Notes: generated by a model not told the origin, from the letters alone. A stretch of 64,000 nt of DNA from an uncultured Verrucomicrobiae bacterium (GCA_963813025.1 CAWEXO010000014.1:160001-224000), one strand, 5' to 3'. Positions 8,729 through 19,877 are shown, counted from the first letter of the stretch. Program-made: numbers and translations.

Positions 8729-9694
8729 ATGAAAAGCATTATCAGAGGTCTCTTCTGTGTCGTCCCCACCGCGCTCATCCTTTGTTTTCAGCTGACCGCC
8801 TCGGCAAAGGACATCGTGTACTTAACTCCCGGCCTGGATCTGCCGTTCTGGCGATACCTGTCAGAAGGCATTGATAGCGTCGCTAAAAAAGAAGGTTACG
8901 GGTATCAAGCATTCGACAGTCACAACGATGCGCAAACACAGCTCAAGAACGCGCAAGACGCAATTGCCCGCGGAGTTGCCGGGATTCTGATCTCGCCGAC
9001 AGATAGTTCGACCTGTCCAAGCGTCTTGGCGCTCGCCCAGAAGGCGAACATACCGGTGGTAATCGCGGATATCGGCACTAACGAGGGCGAATATGTCTCT
9101 TTCATCATCTCCGATAATCGGGAAGGAGCATACGGAACCGGCAAAGCGCTGGTAGCAGCCATGAAGGAAAAACGCATGGCGGACGGTACCGTTGGCCTAG
9201 TGACTATTTCTCTGACGAGGAACAACGGTAAGCAGCGAACTGCGGGCTTCCGCGCGGCATTAGCAGAGGGAGGAATTAAAGAATGTGCGCTCGAGCAGAT
9301 GCAGAATTATTCGGCGAGCGAAACCTTCAAATACGTCCAGGACATGCTGACGGCTAATCCAAATATGAAAGGCATATTTATCGAAACCGATCAGCCGACG
9401 ATGGGAGCCCTGCGTGCGATCAAGGCGGCGCGACGAGAAGGGTCCATCCTAGTGGCCGGTTTCGACGGAATTCCCGAGTTTGTTGACCTTTTGAAGCAAG
9501 GTCAAATCGTTGCCTCTGGCATGCAGCAGCCCTACCTGATGGGAGTTCGTTCGGGCGAAGCTCTCTTCAAACATCTTAAGGGAGAGTCTGTAGAAAAGCA
9601 GATCCTTGTTCCGATCGTGATTGTGACCAGCAAAAACATCGATCAGATGCTTCCGACCATTAAGGAAACGGTGTTTGCGAATGAAATGAAGTAG
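8729..9694 (+). CDS. Sugar ABC transporter substrate-binding protein (RbsB-like)
   Basis: Signal peptide after ATG 8729; ISPTDS, IPVVIAD, SDN.EG, GFDG and QQPYLMG motifs. Confidence 0.9.
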   Translation: MKSIIRGLFCVVPTALILCFQLTASAKDIVYLTPGLDLPFWRYLSEGIDSVAKKEGYGYQAFDSHNDAQTQLKNAQDAIARGVAGILISPTDSSTCPSVLALAQKANIPVVIADIGTNEGEYVSFIISDNREGAYGTGKALVAAMKEKRMADGTVGLVTISLTRNNGKQRTAGFRAALAEGGIKECALEQMQNYSASETFKYVQDMLTANPNMKGIFIETDQPTMGALRAIKAARREGSILVAGFDGIPEFVDLLKQGQIVASGMQQPYLMGVRSGEALFKHLKGESVEKQILVPIVIVTSKNIDQMLPTIKETVFANEMK

Positions 9695-9835
9695 GGCTGG
9701 GCAGGATCTCCCCTGCGGTTGGTCCCCCAATCGCTTTCGGCGGCTTTCCCACCGGATACGCTGGGTATGACCCGGGCGCCTAGCCCTGGCCAACGGTTTC
9801 GGGTTGGCAAGATGAGGTTGTGACGAACGCCAGCT

Positions 9836-11767
9836 ATGAAGGTTAAAGATTCCGAAACTGTGGTTCAATCTCAGGCCGGCTCCGAGCCGATGCTGATTGC
9901 TGCCGGAATCGAGAAATCGTTCGATCGTACCCGCGCATTGGCGCAAGCAGACCTGGACATCTACTCTGGCGAGGTGATGGGCTTGTTGGGAGCGAATGGC
10001 GCCGGTAAGTCAACCTTGTCCAAAGTCATTTCCGGCCATCTCACCCGAGATGCTGGTGCGATGATGTGGCAGGGCCGGCCACTGAACCTCCGGAGTGCGC
10101 GCGAGGCCATTCAACATGGAATCACGATGGTCATGCAGGAGACCTCGCTCGCGCCAGATCTCTCCGTCCTGGAGAATATTTTTCTCGCGGAGCTTGGCCG
10201 ACCGGGATTTCTTTCGTACCGCCGATTGAAGCGGCGCGCCGAAGAAATTCTCGTCCGACTCGGCCAAAGAGAAACGCTACCCTTGGATCGAGCGGTCCGT
10301 TTCCTCTCCGCTGCGCAGCGCCAGCTGGTCGAGATCGCAAAGGCGCTGGCACTGAATTCCGCGTTGATCATTTTCGACGAGCCAACGGCCTCGTTGAGTC
10401 CGCCTGAGGTGGAGCGTTTATTTCAAGTCATGACCACGCTGAAACGCTCTGGTCATACGCTGGTATTCGTCTCCCATCGACTCGAGGAGGTATTTGCCAT
10501 TACTGATCGGGTAACCGTGATGCGAGAAGGGCGCACGGTGGCAAAGTCGCTGGCGACAGCTTCTTTGGGGCAGGCAGAATTGATTCGTCTGATGGCCGGG
10601 CAAGAGATGACACAGATATTGTCCACCCGCTCGGACCGGTCTTTTGGTCGGTCTTCCGGCTCCTCCTCGGTCTTGGAAGTAAGGAATCTCAGCTCGATGC
10701 CCGCCGTCCGCGATGTCTCTTTTAAAGTGCACAGAGGAGAAATTCTCGGCTTGGGAGGGCTTGTCGGGGCAGGGCGCTCGGAGACGGTGGAGGCTATATT
10801 TGGCCTTCGTCCGCGACAGCGCGGAGAACTCTCCCTTGATGGAAAGCCATATGCACCAAGACACGCCGCAGATGCGATTCGTGCCGGCATAGGATTCGTT
10901 GCGGAGGATCGTCGAATTCAGGGAATTATCCCGGATTTTTCGGTTCGCGAGAACCTGCTCTTGGGACACTTGGCTGCTTCGCGCAGGTTTGGCCTCGGCT
11001 ATTCTCAACGAAAGCAGAAGATAAATGAGCTAATCCAAAACCTAGGCCTTCCGGCGCAAAGGCTTGACACTAACCTGCTCAATTTTTCGGGAGGAATGCA
11101 GCAGAAAATCATCATCGCGCGTTGGCTTTTGCTTGAGCCTTCTCTCCTCCTTCTTGATGAACCAACCAAAGGGGTAGACATCGGAACTCGCACATCGATT
11201 TATGCGATGCTGCGGCACGTGGCGGACACCGGAGTAGGTGTGGTGGTTATTTCCTCCGATTTCGAAGAGCTTTTGAATGTTTGCGAGCGGATCGTGGTGA
11301 TGAGCGATGGCGTCTCGATCGCCGACGTCCCAAGTGCGATGTTAAATGAAGAGAAGCTCACTCTTTTTGCCGCCCCGCGTACCTCGATGGAACAAAATAG
11401 TGCGTTCCTGCGAGACATCGCACGCGATTTGAACGGCGCAGCATTTTGGACCTTGATCGAGCAAGAGCGATTATTTTGTTTGTACGCGGTCGTGACAAAT
11501 AATCAAGCCGACCCAGGTTTCCGCGCTGCGGATACACCGATAGTCAGCGACACGCGCATCCCAACGGCGCTCAGTACCAAATCACAAGAGTTCGTGGTCG
11601 AAGCGGACAATCAACTCGCCACACTTTTGCTTTCGGTCCGCAGCAGTCGGGGACACGATATGGGCTGGATTGGAGTGACGCTTGGCGGTCGGTCTCCTCC
11701 GCCCCCCGCGCGGCAAGTCCTCGAACGGATCGAGAGTTTCGTAGAGCAGATAATCAAACCCCAGTGA
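9836..11767 (+). CDS. Sugar ABC transporter ATP-binding protein (RbsA-like) with extra C-terminal domain
   Basis: GANGAGKST, FDEPT, SHRLEE, GLVGAGRSE, SGGMQQK and LDEPTKGVD motifs, then about 130 additional aa. Confidence 0.92.
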   Translation: MKVKDSETVVQSQAGSEPMLIAAGIEKSFDRTRALAQADLDIYSGEVMGLLGANGAGKSTLSKVISGHLTRDAGAMMWQGRPLNLRSAREAIQHGITMVMQETSLAPDLSVLENIFLAELGRPGFLSYRRLKRRAEEILVRLGQRETLPLDRAVRFLSAAQRQLVEIAKALALNSALIIFDEPTASLSPPEVERLFQVMTTLKRSGHTLVFVSHRLEEVFAITDRVTVMREGRTVAKSLATASLGQAELIRLMAGQEMTQILSTRSDRSFGRSSGSSSVLEVRNLSSMPAVRDVSFKVHRGEILGLGGLVGAGRSETVEAIFGLRPRQRGELSLDGKPYAPRHAADAIRAGIGFVAEDRRIQGIIPDFSVRENLLLGHLAASRRFGLGYSQRKQKINELIQNLGLPAQRLDTNLLNFSGGMQQKIIIARWLLLEPSLLLLDEPTKGVDIGTRTSIYAMLRHVADTGVGVVVISSDFEELLNVCERIVVMSDGVSIADVPSAMLNEEKLTLFAAPRTSMEQNSAFLRDIARDLNGAAFWTLIEQERLFCLYAVVTNNQADPGFRAADTPIVSDTRIPTALSTKSQEFVVEADNQLATLLLSVRSSRGHDMGWIGVTLGGRSPPPPARQVLERIESFVEQIIKPQ

Positions 11768-11777
11768 AAATCGACGG

Positions 11778-12746
11778 ATGAACTCTGCCACCGGTGAACG
11801 TTCCCTGGTAAGTGACCTTGTTGGGCGACTCGAAATCCGAATGCTCGGCCTGGTCCTGATCCTGGGCATCGCGCTTTCCATTCTCTCACCTCATTTTTTA
11901 ACATCCAACAATCTCCTGAATGTCCTCGATCAGTCGGTTGTGGTAGGAATCGTTGCGATCGGGATGACGTTTGTGATTCTGATCGGTGGTATTGACCTCT
12001 CGGTCGGCTCGGTAGCCGGGTTGACCGGAGTTTTACTTGGACGAGGACTCGAGCATTTCCCGATCCCGGTCGCTATCGTTCTGGCGGTAATCGCCGGCAT
12101 GTTAGTCGGCTCTTTTTCGGGTGTTCTGATTGCTCGATTCGGTCTTCCCGCTTTCGTCGTTACGCTCGGTGTCATGGCAATCGGACGGAGCCTCGCTTAT
12201 ATCCTTTCGGGAGCGTCGGCGATTGCTGATTTACCGGAAACTTTCGGCAATGTCGTTTATACCACTATCCTTGGCGTGCCTGCTAATGTTCTCACCTTGC
12301 TCGTGCTGTATGCATTGGCTTGGGCTTACCTGAACTTCACTAAAGGCGGCCGAACGGTCTACGCGATCGGCTCTAATCGAGAAGCGGCGCGAACTGCGGG
12401 TCTCAATGTATTGGCTTTTAGCATCCTTCCATACGTGATCTCAGGCGGACTCTCAGCAATTGCGATCACATTTGCATCAGCGCAGGTCATGTCGATCGAC
12501 CCAGTCGCCGGAACGGGGCTCGAACTGGATGCGATCGCAGCAGTAGTGATTGGTGGAGCAAGCTTGTACGGGGGGCGGGGTTCAATCATGGGAACATTAA
12601 TCGGCGTCCTCATTATGGTCATGATCCGGAACGGTCTGAATCTCCTGAACGTATCGCCGTTCTGGCAAGGGTCGGCGATCGGCGCCGTCATCATCACCGC
12701 GGTTTTGATTGAACGTCTCCTTTCCTCCCGAGCTTTTTCTCATTGA
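11778..12746 (+). CDS. Sugar ABC transporter permease (RbsC-like)
   Basis: GGIDLSVGS, FVVTLG, YAIGSN.EAA and LDAIAAVVIGG motifs. Confidence 0.93.
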   Translation: MNSATGERSLVSDLVGRLEIRMLGLVLILGIALSILSPHFLTSNNLLNVLDQSVVVGIVAIGMTFVILIGGIDLSVGSVAGLTGVLLGRGLEHFPIPVAIVLAVIAGMLVGSFSGVLIARFGLPAFVVTLGVMAIGRSLAYILSGASAIADLPETFGNVVYTTILGVPANVLTLLVLYALAWAYLNFTKGGRTVYAIGSNREAARTAGLNVLAFSILPYVISGGLSAIAITFASAQVMSIDPVAGTGLELDAIAAVVIGGASLYGGRGSIMGTLIGVLIMVMIRNGLNLLNVSPFWQGSAIGAVIITAVLIERLLSSRAFSH

Positions 12747-12764
12747 ACCTCCGCAGGATGCCCT

Positions 12765-14720
12765 ATGCCCAATACTATTTCGGATTTGATTCGGCTGTAC
12801 GGAACGGATGAATCGGTTGAGCCGCCGCGAATTCTCCAGGCTGGTCCGTTAAGAGCAGAACTCGAAGCGGGTAATCTTCGCTATATTCGTTACCACGGCC
12901 GTGAAATGATCAGGGCTATTTCATTCGTCGTACGCGACGAAAACTGGGGTACTTACGCGCTGGAAATCACACATCTGAATTTCCAGGAAGAGCCTGACCT
13001 GTTTCGCGTCTCATACGACGCGACCGTCAGCGGGAAGGACAAGGAATTTCGGTACTCGGCGGCGATCGTGGGCAAGTCCGATGGTTCGCTGATTTTCTCC
13101 GCTCAGGGTGTCGCGATTTCGGACTTTCTCACCAATCGTACGGGATTTGTAGTCCTTCATCCCATCGAGGGCGTCGCCGGCGCAACCTGCACGGTGGAAC
13201 ACACCAATGGGACGATTGAAGAAACGTGCTTTCCGTTCTTAATCGACCCCGTTCAGCCGATGACTGCACTGCGTGCGATCACGCACGAATTTTTACCTGG
13301 CTTAAAGGTGACGTGCCGAATGGAAGGGGACACTTTCGAGATGGAGGACCAGCGCAATTGGACGGACGCTTCGTACAAGACATATGTTCGGCCCTTGGCT
13401 TTGCCGTGGCCTTACCTGATTGCGAAGGGCGAAAGGATCGGCCAAACAGTTAGTTTGATAGTCTCAGGGTCGGTGGGTCAGATCGAATCGGTCGACGATG
13501 GTCTCTCAATAGCAGTTGGCGGGCGGGTTGCCGCCAGCTCCATGCCGCCGCTTGGGTTGGGCCTTCGTCCTGACCAATTGGACGCAGCCGAGCAATGCAT
13601 CGGTGTACTGAGACAGGCCGCACCATCTCAACTGGTATGTTATTACGATCCGCGCTTCGGCCATGGCCGAGCCGATTTGCAGCGAATGGCAGCTTTAGGC
13701 AAAGCAATCGGGGCCGAACTGTGGCTAGAGTTTGTCATCCCCGGTGCAGACAATTTTGAACAAGAGATCCAGGGAGTCGGTCGCACGGCAAATGAACTGG
13801 GCAATCCTTTTGCCGCTGTTATGGTCTCGCCGGCTCCGGATCTCAAGTGTACCTTGCCCGGGAGTCCCTGGCCTCCTTGTCCACCGCTTGACGCTTGTTA
13901 CCGGGCGGCTCGTAAAGCGTTCCCGGGTGTGCGAATCGGTGGAGGCATGTTCAGCTTTTTCACCGAGCTGAACCGAAAACGGCCGCCCCTCGACCTGCTC
14001 GATTTCGTGACTTTTACAACCGTCGCAATCTTTCATGCAGGCGACGATCGCTCGGCGATGGAGGGTTTGGAATCCCTTCCCTATCTGGCAAGAAGCGTAC
14101 GGGCTCTTATTGACGGAAAACCTTACCACGTCGGTCCGAGCGCCATCGGATTACGAATGAATCCATACGGAGAAGCCCCGATGGCAAATCCCCGCAATAT
14201 ACGTCAGGCAATGAACGGAATGGATCCGCGGCAGCGCGGGCTATTTGCGGCGGCCTGGTTGGTTGGATTTGTTGCACGTTTTGCGCAAGGCGGTGCATCC
14301 TCCATTACACTGGGCGAAGCTGTTGGGGAGCTGGGGATCGCCTATGCGAAAGCGGATTACCCTCAGCCATGGTTCGACGAGAACGGAGGAATATATCCCA
14401 TCTGCCATACCGTGAAAGGCCTTGCCGCGTTGCGCGGCAGGCCGCTTATCAATTTGGACATTTCCAAGCCTCGCGAAATTCAGGCGATTGGGGCCGAACG
14501 CGACAGCGGTCTTGAGATTTGGGTTGCCAACCTGACGGACCAAACGAAGAACGTTGAAATAGCGCCTACATCGGCCGGCGTTCTATCACTTTTGTCCGCA
14601 GCGGAGTTTGAGCGAGCGACCCAAGATTTTTCAATGATGGATTCGCTGGAGCGCGGATTCACCGATAAAGCGCTCAACTTACCACCCTACGCCGTCGCTC
14701 GATTTCGGGGCCGCTACTGA
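12765..14720 (+). CDS. apnL: D-apionate lactonase-like protein
   Basis: 651 aa with LYGT.E, GNLRYIRY, VRD.NWGTY, NRTGFVVLHP, FEMEDQRNWTDASYKTYVRPLALPWPY and FTELNRKRPP. Family recognised from memory; substrate unverified. Confidence 0.75.
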   Translation: MPNTISDLIRLYGTDESVEPPRILQAGPLRAELEAGNLRYIRYHGREMIRAISFVVRDENWGTYALEITHLNFQEEPDLFRVSYDATVSGKDKEFRYSAAIVGKSDGSLIFSAQGVAISDFLTNRTGFVVLHPIEGVAGATCTVEHTNGTIEETCFPFLIDPVQPMTALRAITHEFLPGLKVTCRMEGDTFEMEDQRNWTDASYKTYVRPLALPWPYLIAKGERIGQTVSLIVSGSVGQIESVDDGLSIAVGGRVAASSMPPLGLGLRPDQLDAAEQCIGVLRQAAPSQLVCYYDPRFGHGRADLQRMAALGKAIGAELWLEFVIPGADNFEQEIQGVGRTANELGNPFAAVMVSPAPDLKCTLPGSPWPPCPPLDACYRAARKAFPGVRIGGGMFSFFTELNRKRPPLDLLDFVTFTTVAIFHAGDDRSAMEGLESLPYLARSVRALIDGKPYHVGPSAIGLRMNPYGEAPMANPRNIRQAMNGMDPRQRGLFAAAWLVGFVARFAQGGASSITLGEAVGELGIAYAKADYPQPWFDENGGIYPICHTVKGLAALRGRPLINLDISKPREIQAIGAERDSGLEIWVANLTDQTKNVEIAPTSAGVLSLLSAAEFERATQDFSMMDSLERGFTDKALNLPPYAVARFRGRY

Positions 14721-14755
14721 CCGCCATGCGTAGCGGCAACCACCACGAACATCCG

Positions 14756-14875
14756 ATGAACAAGATCGTCATTACTGGCGAAGGCGGTTTCCTGGGCCAG
14801 CGTCTCGCGCGCGAGTGGTTAAGGCGTACTCGCGCAGGATCAGTCAGCGGCAAAGAGTCCCCCATGCGAGAATGA
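14756..14875 (+). pseudogene. N-terminal remnant of NAD-dependent epimerase/dehydrogenase
   Basis: MNKIVITGEGGFLGQRLAREW Rossmann start (GxxGxxG); stops after 39 aa. Confidence 0.6.
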
Positions 14876-14945
14876 TTGCATCGCTCGAAGTGAATGACGC
14901 TATTCGCGAACGAGCCGCGACTAGTACCCAAGAAGGATTCCGCAA

Positions 14946-15962
14946 ATGGTTTCAATAGTAGTTCACCAGCCCAGGGCTCTGGAGGTGCGATCGGCTGACG
15001 TCCCTGAGCCAAAGGCAGATGAAGTTGTGGTCAAGGTTCGTCGTGCCGGAATTTGTGGATCAGACATTCACATTCTGCACGGCTCCAACCCCTTCGCAGT
15101 ATATCCTCGGGTAATCGGGCACGAGTTCGCAGGCGAGGTTTTCTCGCTGGGCGCCGAGGTGACCGGTCTCCGGAAGGGTTACCATGTGGTAGTTGACCCG
15201 GTTATTTCCTGCGGGCATTGCTATCCATGCCGGATCGGCCGCCCCAATGTCTGCGCAAAGCTCGAGGTAATGGGTGTTCATCGCGACGGCGGTTTCCGCG
15301 ATTATGTGGCTGTCCCGGCCAGCGCAGTCATCATAGTTCCGGCCGACATGCCGTTCGGCCTTGCGGCGCTGGCCGAGCCTTTCTCAATCGCGGCCAATGT
15401 GCTGTCCCGCACCAGTTGCGGGTCCGATGACACGATTTTGATCTATGGAGCCGGAACCGTTGGGGTCACGGTTCTACAGGTCGCCAAGCTTCACGGAGCC
15501 CGCTGCATCGTTGCCGACATCGACGAAGCGCGTCTTGAACGAGCCAAATCTTTTGGCGCCGATGCTGTTATCGACTCGCAATGGCAGTCCGTTCCCGATG
15601 CCGTGAAAGGTGAAACAGACGGCCTCGGCCCAACGTTGGTCATTGATGGGGCAGGCGTCCCGGCCCTGTTGGACGAGGCGTGTCGCCTGGCGAGCCCGGC
15701 GGGCCGGATCGGTATTCTTGGCTTTTCGCCCGCGCCGTCTGCTCTCAGTCAGCAAGAGGTTGTTCGCAAGGAACTGACTATCATAGGGTCGCGCCTCAAC
15801 CGCCGTCTCCTTCCGCAGGCGGTGAGTTGGCTTGCAGATGGACGTCTGAAACCAGAAAGCATGATCACTCAGGTCTTCGCCGCCGCCGATGCGCGACAGG
15901 CTTTCGATCTGATCGAGCAAGACCCGCAGCGCACCCTCAAGGTCCAGCTCGACTTTTCCTGA
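14946..15962 (+). CDS. Zn-dependent sugar-acid dehydrogenase (RspB / L-gulonate 5-dehydrogenase-like)
   Basis: GICGSD, GHEFAG, CxxCxxC...C, G.H.DGGF and GSRLN motifs. Confidence 0.85.
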   Translation: MVSIVVHQPRALEVRSADVPEPKADEVVVKVRRAGICGSDIHILHGSNPFAVYPRVIGHEFAGEVFSLGAEVTGLRKGYHVVVDPVISCGHCYPCRIGRPNVCAKLEVMGVHRDGGFRDYVAVPASAVIIVPADMPFGLAALAEPFSIAANVLSRTSCGSDDTILIYGAGTVGVTVLQVAKLHGARCIVADIDEARLERAKSFGADAVIDSQWQSVPDAVKGETDGLGPTLVIDGAGVPALLDEACRLASPAGRIGILGFSPAPSALSQQEVVRKELTIIGSRLNRRLLPQAVSWLADGRLKPESMITQVFAAADARQAFDLIEQDPQRTLKVQLDFS

Positions 15963-17464
15963 TGACCTTCTTGAAGACTAACGCCCCTCGGCTCTCTCTT
16001 GCCACCCTTGGTTTGGCCCGGATCGGAATGGCCAACTTTTTCTATGACCGCGGGCAACTCAGACCTCGTATGATCCATCTTGGACTCGGCGCCTTTTTTC
16101 GGGCGCATGGGGCCTTGTTTACCGAGGACCTGCTGTCAGAGCAGGGCGGCAACTGGGGCATTGTCGGCGCCAGCCTGAAACGGCCCGATCAGCGCAATCG
16201 CCTCGCGTCGCAGGACTATTTGTATACGACGGTGGAAAACGGCCCGAACGGCCCAAAGGCCCGCATTGTCGGCTGCCTTCTGAATGTCCTCGTTGGACCG
16301 GAAAACCCGGCCGCGCTACTCGACCGGCTTTCTGACCCCGAGACAGCCATCGTGACTCTGACCATCACCGAGAAAGGCTACTGCCACGATCCGGTCTCGG
16401 GTCGCCTTGACACCGACCATCCTGAAATCCGCCACGACCTCAAGCATCCGGACGCATTGCAATCGGCGGTAGGGCTGATCACGGCGGCGTTGGGTCGACG
16501 GAACGCGGCCGGGCTGCCGCCCTTCACTGTTGTGACCTGCGATAATCTTCCGCGGAATGGCGCACTTTTGGCGGGGCTAGTCCATGATTTCGCGTCGCTC
16601 CGCGATGACAAACTGGCGACCTGGATTGAACGCTCTGTTCCGTTTCCGAGCAGCATGGTGGACCGGATCGTGCCTGCTGAAACCACCGGCGATCTGAGGC
16701 TGATCGAGCAGTTGACCGGTCTTCATGATGCGGCGCCGGTCATGCATGAGCCATTCCGACAATGGGTCCTGGAGGATCGATTTGTTGACGGCGTTCGGCC
16801 GGCTTGGGAGCGCTCGGGCGTGCAGTTCGTGTCGGATGTCGCTCCGTTCGAACACGTGAAATTAAGGATGCTGAACGGCTCGCATTCGGCGCTGGCCTAT
16901 CTGGGTTACCTCGCGGGCCACGAAACCATCTTTGACGCCGTTTCAGACGATCTGTTCGCCCGGTTCGTAAAACGGTTCTGGCGCGACGATTTAATCCCGG
17001 TCCTGCCAACGCCGCCGGGATTGGATCTTGACCAGTATGCGGAGCAACTCTTCGAACGCTACAGCAATCAGGCTATCCGGCACCGCCTCTTCCAGATTGC
17101 GATGGACGGATCCCAGAAGCTGCCGCCGCGGCTCCTTTCCACCATCCGCGACAATCTCAAGCAGAAGCGCCGTTTCACATTCCTCGCGCTCGCGGTGGCC
17201 GGATGGATGCGCTATGTGGCCGGCACAGACGAGGCGGGACGAGCGATCGATGTCCGTGATCCCCTGGCGGTTCTTCTTCGCCAGCGGATCGATTCCGCCG
17301 GCTCGGATCCCGCGGCCCAAGTGCGAGCGCTTGCAAGCGTTGACACGGTGTTCGGCAAAGATCTGCCGGGCAGCGCAGTCTTCATGGACGCGCTTACGGA
17401 GGCTTACACGGCGTTACTGCGCGGAGGTGTCCGCAAGGCTATCGCCGATTCGGTGGCGTTATAA
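15962..17464 (+). CDS. uxuB: Mannitol dehydrogenase family / D-mannonate oxidoreductase (UxuB-like)
   Basis: TGATG coupling to the previous gene. HLGLGAFFRAH, TITEKGY, CDNL, MVDRIVP, KLRMLNGSH and QIAMDGSQKLP motifs. Confidence 0.82.
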   Translation: MTFLKTNAPRLSLATLGLARIGMANFFYDRGQLRPRMIHLGLGAFFRAHGALFTEDLLSEQGGNWGIVGASLKRPDQRNRLASQDYLYTTVENGPNGPKARIVGCLLNVLVGPENPAALLDRLSDPETAIVTLTITEKGYCHDPVSGRLDTDHPEIRHDLKHPDALQSAVGLITAALGRRNAAGLPPFTVVTCDNLPRNGALLAGLVHDFASLRDDKLATWIERSVPFPSSMVDRIVPAETTGDLRLIEQLTGLHDAAPVMHEPFRQWVLEDRFVDGVRPAWERSGVQFVSDVAPFEHVKLRMLNGSHSALAYLGYLAGHETIFDAVSDDLFARFVKRFWRDDLIPVLPTPPGLDLDQYAEQLFERYSNQAIRHRLFQIAMDGSQKLPPRLLSTIRDNLKQKRRFTFLALAVAGWMRYVAGTDEAGRAIDVRDPLAVLLRQRIDSAGSDPAAQVRALASVDTVFGKDLPGSAVFMDALTEAYTALLRGGVRKAIADSVAL

Positions 17465-17551
17465 GGAAGGTCCGATGGATCCGCAGGAGTCGCGGCGAGT
17501 GGCCGAACAAATCAGAACCCCCAGGACGCGTTCGGCGATCGCCCGCAGTGC

Positions 17552-18799
17552 TTAGTGTGTGCGAAGATCGGGCGTCGTACAGTTCTCTGGGTCGGCGAAA
17601 TTTGTGTTCGGTACCAGCGGGTACCAGTCGGGTCGACCTGGGTCGCGATCGTAAGGGTAGCCGCCAAGCGAGCGATACAAGTCGGCATAGGCTTGTAACT
17701 TCTCGCTATCCAGAGTAACGCCGAGCCCAGGGCCATCCGGCACCGCGATTCGACCGTTCTTGTAGCGCATCTTGCCCCCCGCGATGATGTCGTCGGTAAG
17801 GTGATGGTAATGCGCGTCGGCGGTGAAAACGAGGTTGGGCAAAACGGCGCCTAGGTGAAGCATGCTGGCGAGCTGAATGCCGAGTTCACCAGAGGAATGC
17901 ACTGCGATACCGAGCCCGAACGTGTCGCAAGTTTGCGCCGCTCGAATGCACGCCCGGATGCCGCCCCAAAAGGTTGTGTCCAGCAGAATCACGTCTACGG
18001 CGGGATCGCGCACATTGGCTGCGAGCTGCTCGAAGTCGATGACAATGGTATTCGTGGCGAGCGGAGTAGAGAGCTTCTCGCGCAGACGACGCATCCCCGC
18101 AAATCCCCAGGTAGGATCCTCGAAATAGTCGTTCCGCAAACCCGATATCGCCCGTCCGAAGCGCAGGGCCTGCTCGACCGAGAGGGCAGCGTTCGGGTCA
18201 TAGCGCAGTGTGTCATCCGGGAAAGCGGCGGCGAGCGCCTTGTAGCATTCGAGTTCATAATCGGGACCGAAAACACCAGCTTTCAGTTTCTGCGCCGTGA
18301 AACCATGCTCCGCCTTCAATGCCGCCGCATGGTCAACCAGTTGATCGACCGTTCGGACTTCGCCCTTGCCAGATTCGGGATTGGCGTAGCGATAAAACAG
18401 ATAGCTCGCGAAACCGACCTCGTCGCGCACCCGACCGCCGAGTAGCTGGTAGACCGGTACGTTCAATTGTTTCCCAATGATGTCCAGGCAGGCGAATTCC
18501 AGTGCCGCATGCAACTGCGTGCGGTTGTTGTAGAGCGAAGCCGTGGGATTGCAGATCGCGTAACGCATCCGGTTGAGATCAAACGGATTGTGGCCGACCA
18601 GGTATGTTTTTAACCCCGCAAAGGCAAGAGCGGCGCTTTCTCCGCCGCCGCCCATCTCGCCCAGTCCGGTGATGCCCTCGTCCGTCTCGACTTCAACTAT
18701 TGTTCGAACGAAACGGCCCCAATGCGCGCCATTGCTGTGCCGCAACGGGGCCTCAAGAGGAACCGTGACAGTCGTAGCCCGGATATCTGTGATCTTCAT
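17552..18799 (-). CDS. Enolase-superfamily acid-sugar dehydratase (glucarate dehydratase-like)
   Basis: Likely start [26 protein letters not shown] and HSSGELGI motifs. Confidence 0.85.
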   Translation of the reverse strand: MKITDIRATTVTVPLEAPLRHSNGAHWGRFVRTIVEVETDEGITGLGEMGGGGESAALAFAGLKTYLVGHNPFDLNRMRYAICNPTASLYNNRTQLHAALEFACLDIIGKQLNVPVYQLLGGRVRDEVGFASYLFYRYANPESGKGEVRTVDQLVDHAAALKAEHGFTAQKLKAGVFGPDYELECYKALAAAFPDDTLRYDPNAALSVEQALRFGRAISGLRNDYFEDPTWGFAGMRRLREKLSTPLATNTIVIDFEQLAANVRDPAVDVILLDTTFWGGIRACIRAAQTCDTFGLGIAVHSSGELGIQLASMLHLGAVLPNLVFTADAHYHHLTDDIIAGGKMRYKNGRIAVPDGPGLGVTLDSEKLQAYADLYRSLGGYPYDRDPGRPDWYPLVPNTNFADPENCTTPDLRTH

Positions 18800-18950
18800 C
18801 GTACCGTTGCTGCCTCGATCGGCCACGAGGATGTTTGGCGAACGTTGCAGATAGACGGTATCGAATAGCTGAATCATAGTGAAAGGGATTTTTGTGGTGA
18901 TCTGTTCCGAGAATAGTTCTGTGCGATGTCGAAAGCCGGCGTTCTGATGA

Positions 18951-19877
18951 ATGACTGAACTGCGTCTCATTTCATTTCTGCCGGCTGCGACCGAAATGGT
19001 TTTCGCCCTCGGTCTCGGCGACCGGCTCATCGGGGTCTCGCATGAGTGCGATTTCCCTGCGGCGGCGAAGACCAAACCCGTTGTTGTCAAACCGGTGCTG
19101 CCATTAGAGAAATTGTCGCTACGCGAAATTGACGTTGCCGTCGCCGAGCGCATCGGCAGCGGACAAGGTCTTTACCAAGTGGACGAGCGGCTGCTCGAAC
19201 AACTCGCGCCCACGCACATCCTCACGCAGGCACTTTGCCAAGTCTGTGCGCCTTCCGGCAACGAGATCACCCGCGCGCTTGAAGCGCTGCCGGTCAAGCC
19301 GGAAATCCTCTGGTTTACGCCCAACAGCATCGGGGAGATTTTCAGCAATGTCCACGAACTCGGCGCAGCCACCGGCCGTTTGGCCCAGGCCGAGGAACTT
19401 AACACCGGCGCCCATGCGCGCTTGCTAAATGTGATTGAACTGACGAAAAAAGCGCACCGCCGTCCCCGCGTTTTTTGCCTTGAGTGGATTGATCCTTATT
19501 ACTGCTGCGGCCATTGGGTGCCGGAAATGGTTGAACTTGCCGGCGGCGAGGACGCGCTGGGACGCAAAGGCGCAGATTCCGTCCGCACTTCGTGGACGGA
19601 CATCGCCGCATTTTCGCCGGAGATTTTAATTGTGTCGCCCTGCGGCTTCGGCGTGGAAGCGGCGGCTGAGCACGCGAAGCAGCTGTTGCGGCAACCTGGT
19701 TGGAACGATTTGCCCGCCGTCCTAAATGACCGCGTTTACGCCGTGAACGCGAACGCTTACTTCGCCCGGCCCGCCCCGCGCGTCGTAGATGGCGTGGAAC
19801 TGCTCGCCCACTTGTTTCATCCGCAATTGTGCGATTGGTGCGGGAGTCGGAACGCTTTCCGCCAGATTCACTCATGA
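18951..19877 (+). CDS. Cobalamin/Fe-siderophore-binding-fold (BtuF-like) protein without signal peptide
   Basis: [40 protein letters not shown] and PCGF motifs. Confidence 0.8.
   Translation: MTELRLISFLPAATEMVFALGLGDRLIGVSHECDFPAAAKTKPVVVKPVLPLEKLSLREIDVAVAERIGSGQGLYQVDERLLEQLAPTHILTQALCQVCAPSGNEITRALEALPVKPEILWFTPNSIGEIFSNVHELGAATGRLAQAEELNTGAHARLLNVIELTKKAHRRPRVFCLEWIDPYYCCGHWVPEMVELAGGEDALGRKGADSVRTSWTDIAAFSPEILIVSPCGFGVEAAAEHAKQLLRQPGWNDLPAVLNDRVYAVNANAYFARPAPRVVDGVELLAHLFHPQLCDWCGSRNAFRQIHS

Noticed and set aside
15680..15961. Long N-terminal extension of the mannitol dehydrogenase ORF
   Set aside because: It overlaps the upstream dehydrogenase; ATG 15962 is translationally coupled (TGATG).
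18800..19153. Extension of the enolase-family ORF to 19153
   Set aside because: It overlaps the divergent BtuF-like gene; the family-like start is MKITDI at 18799.
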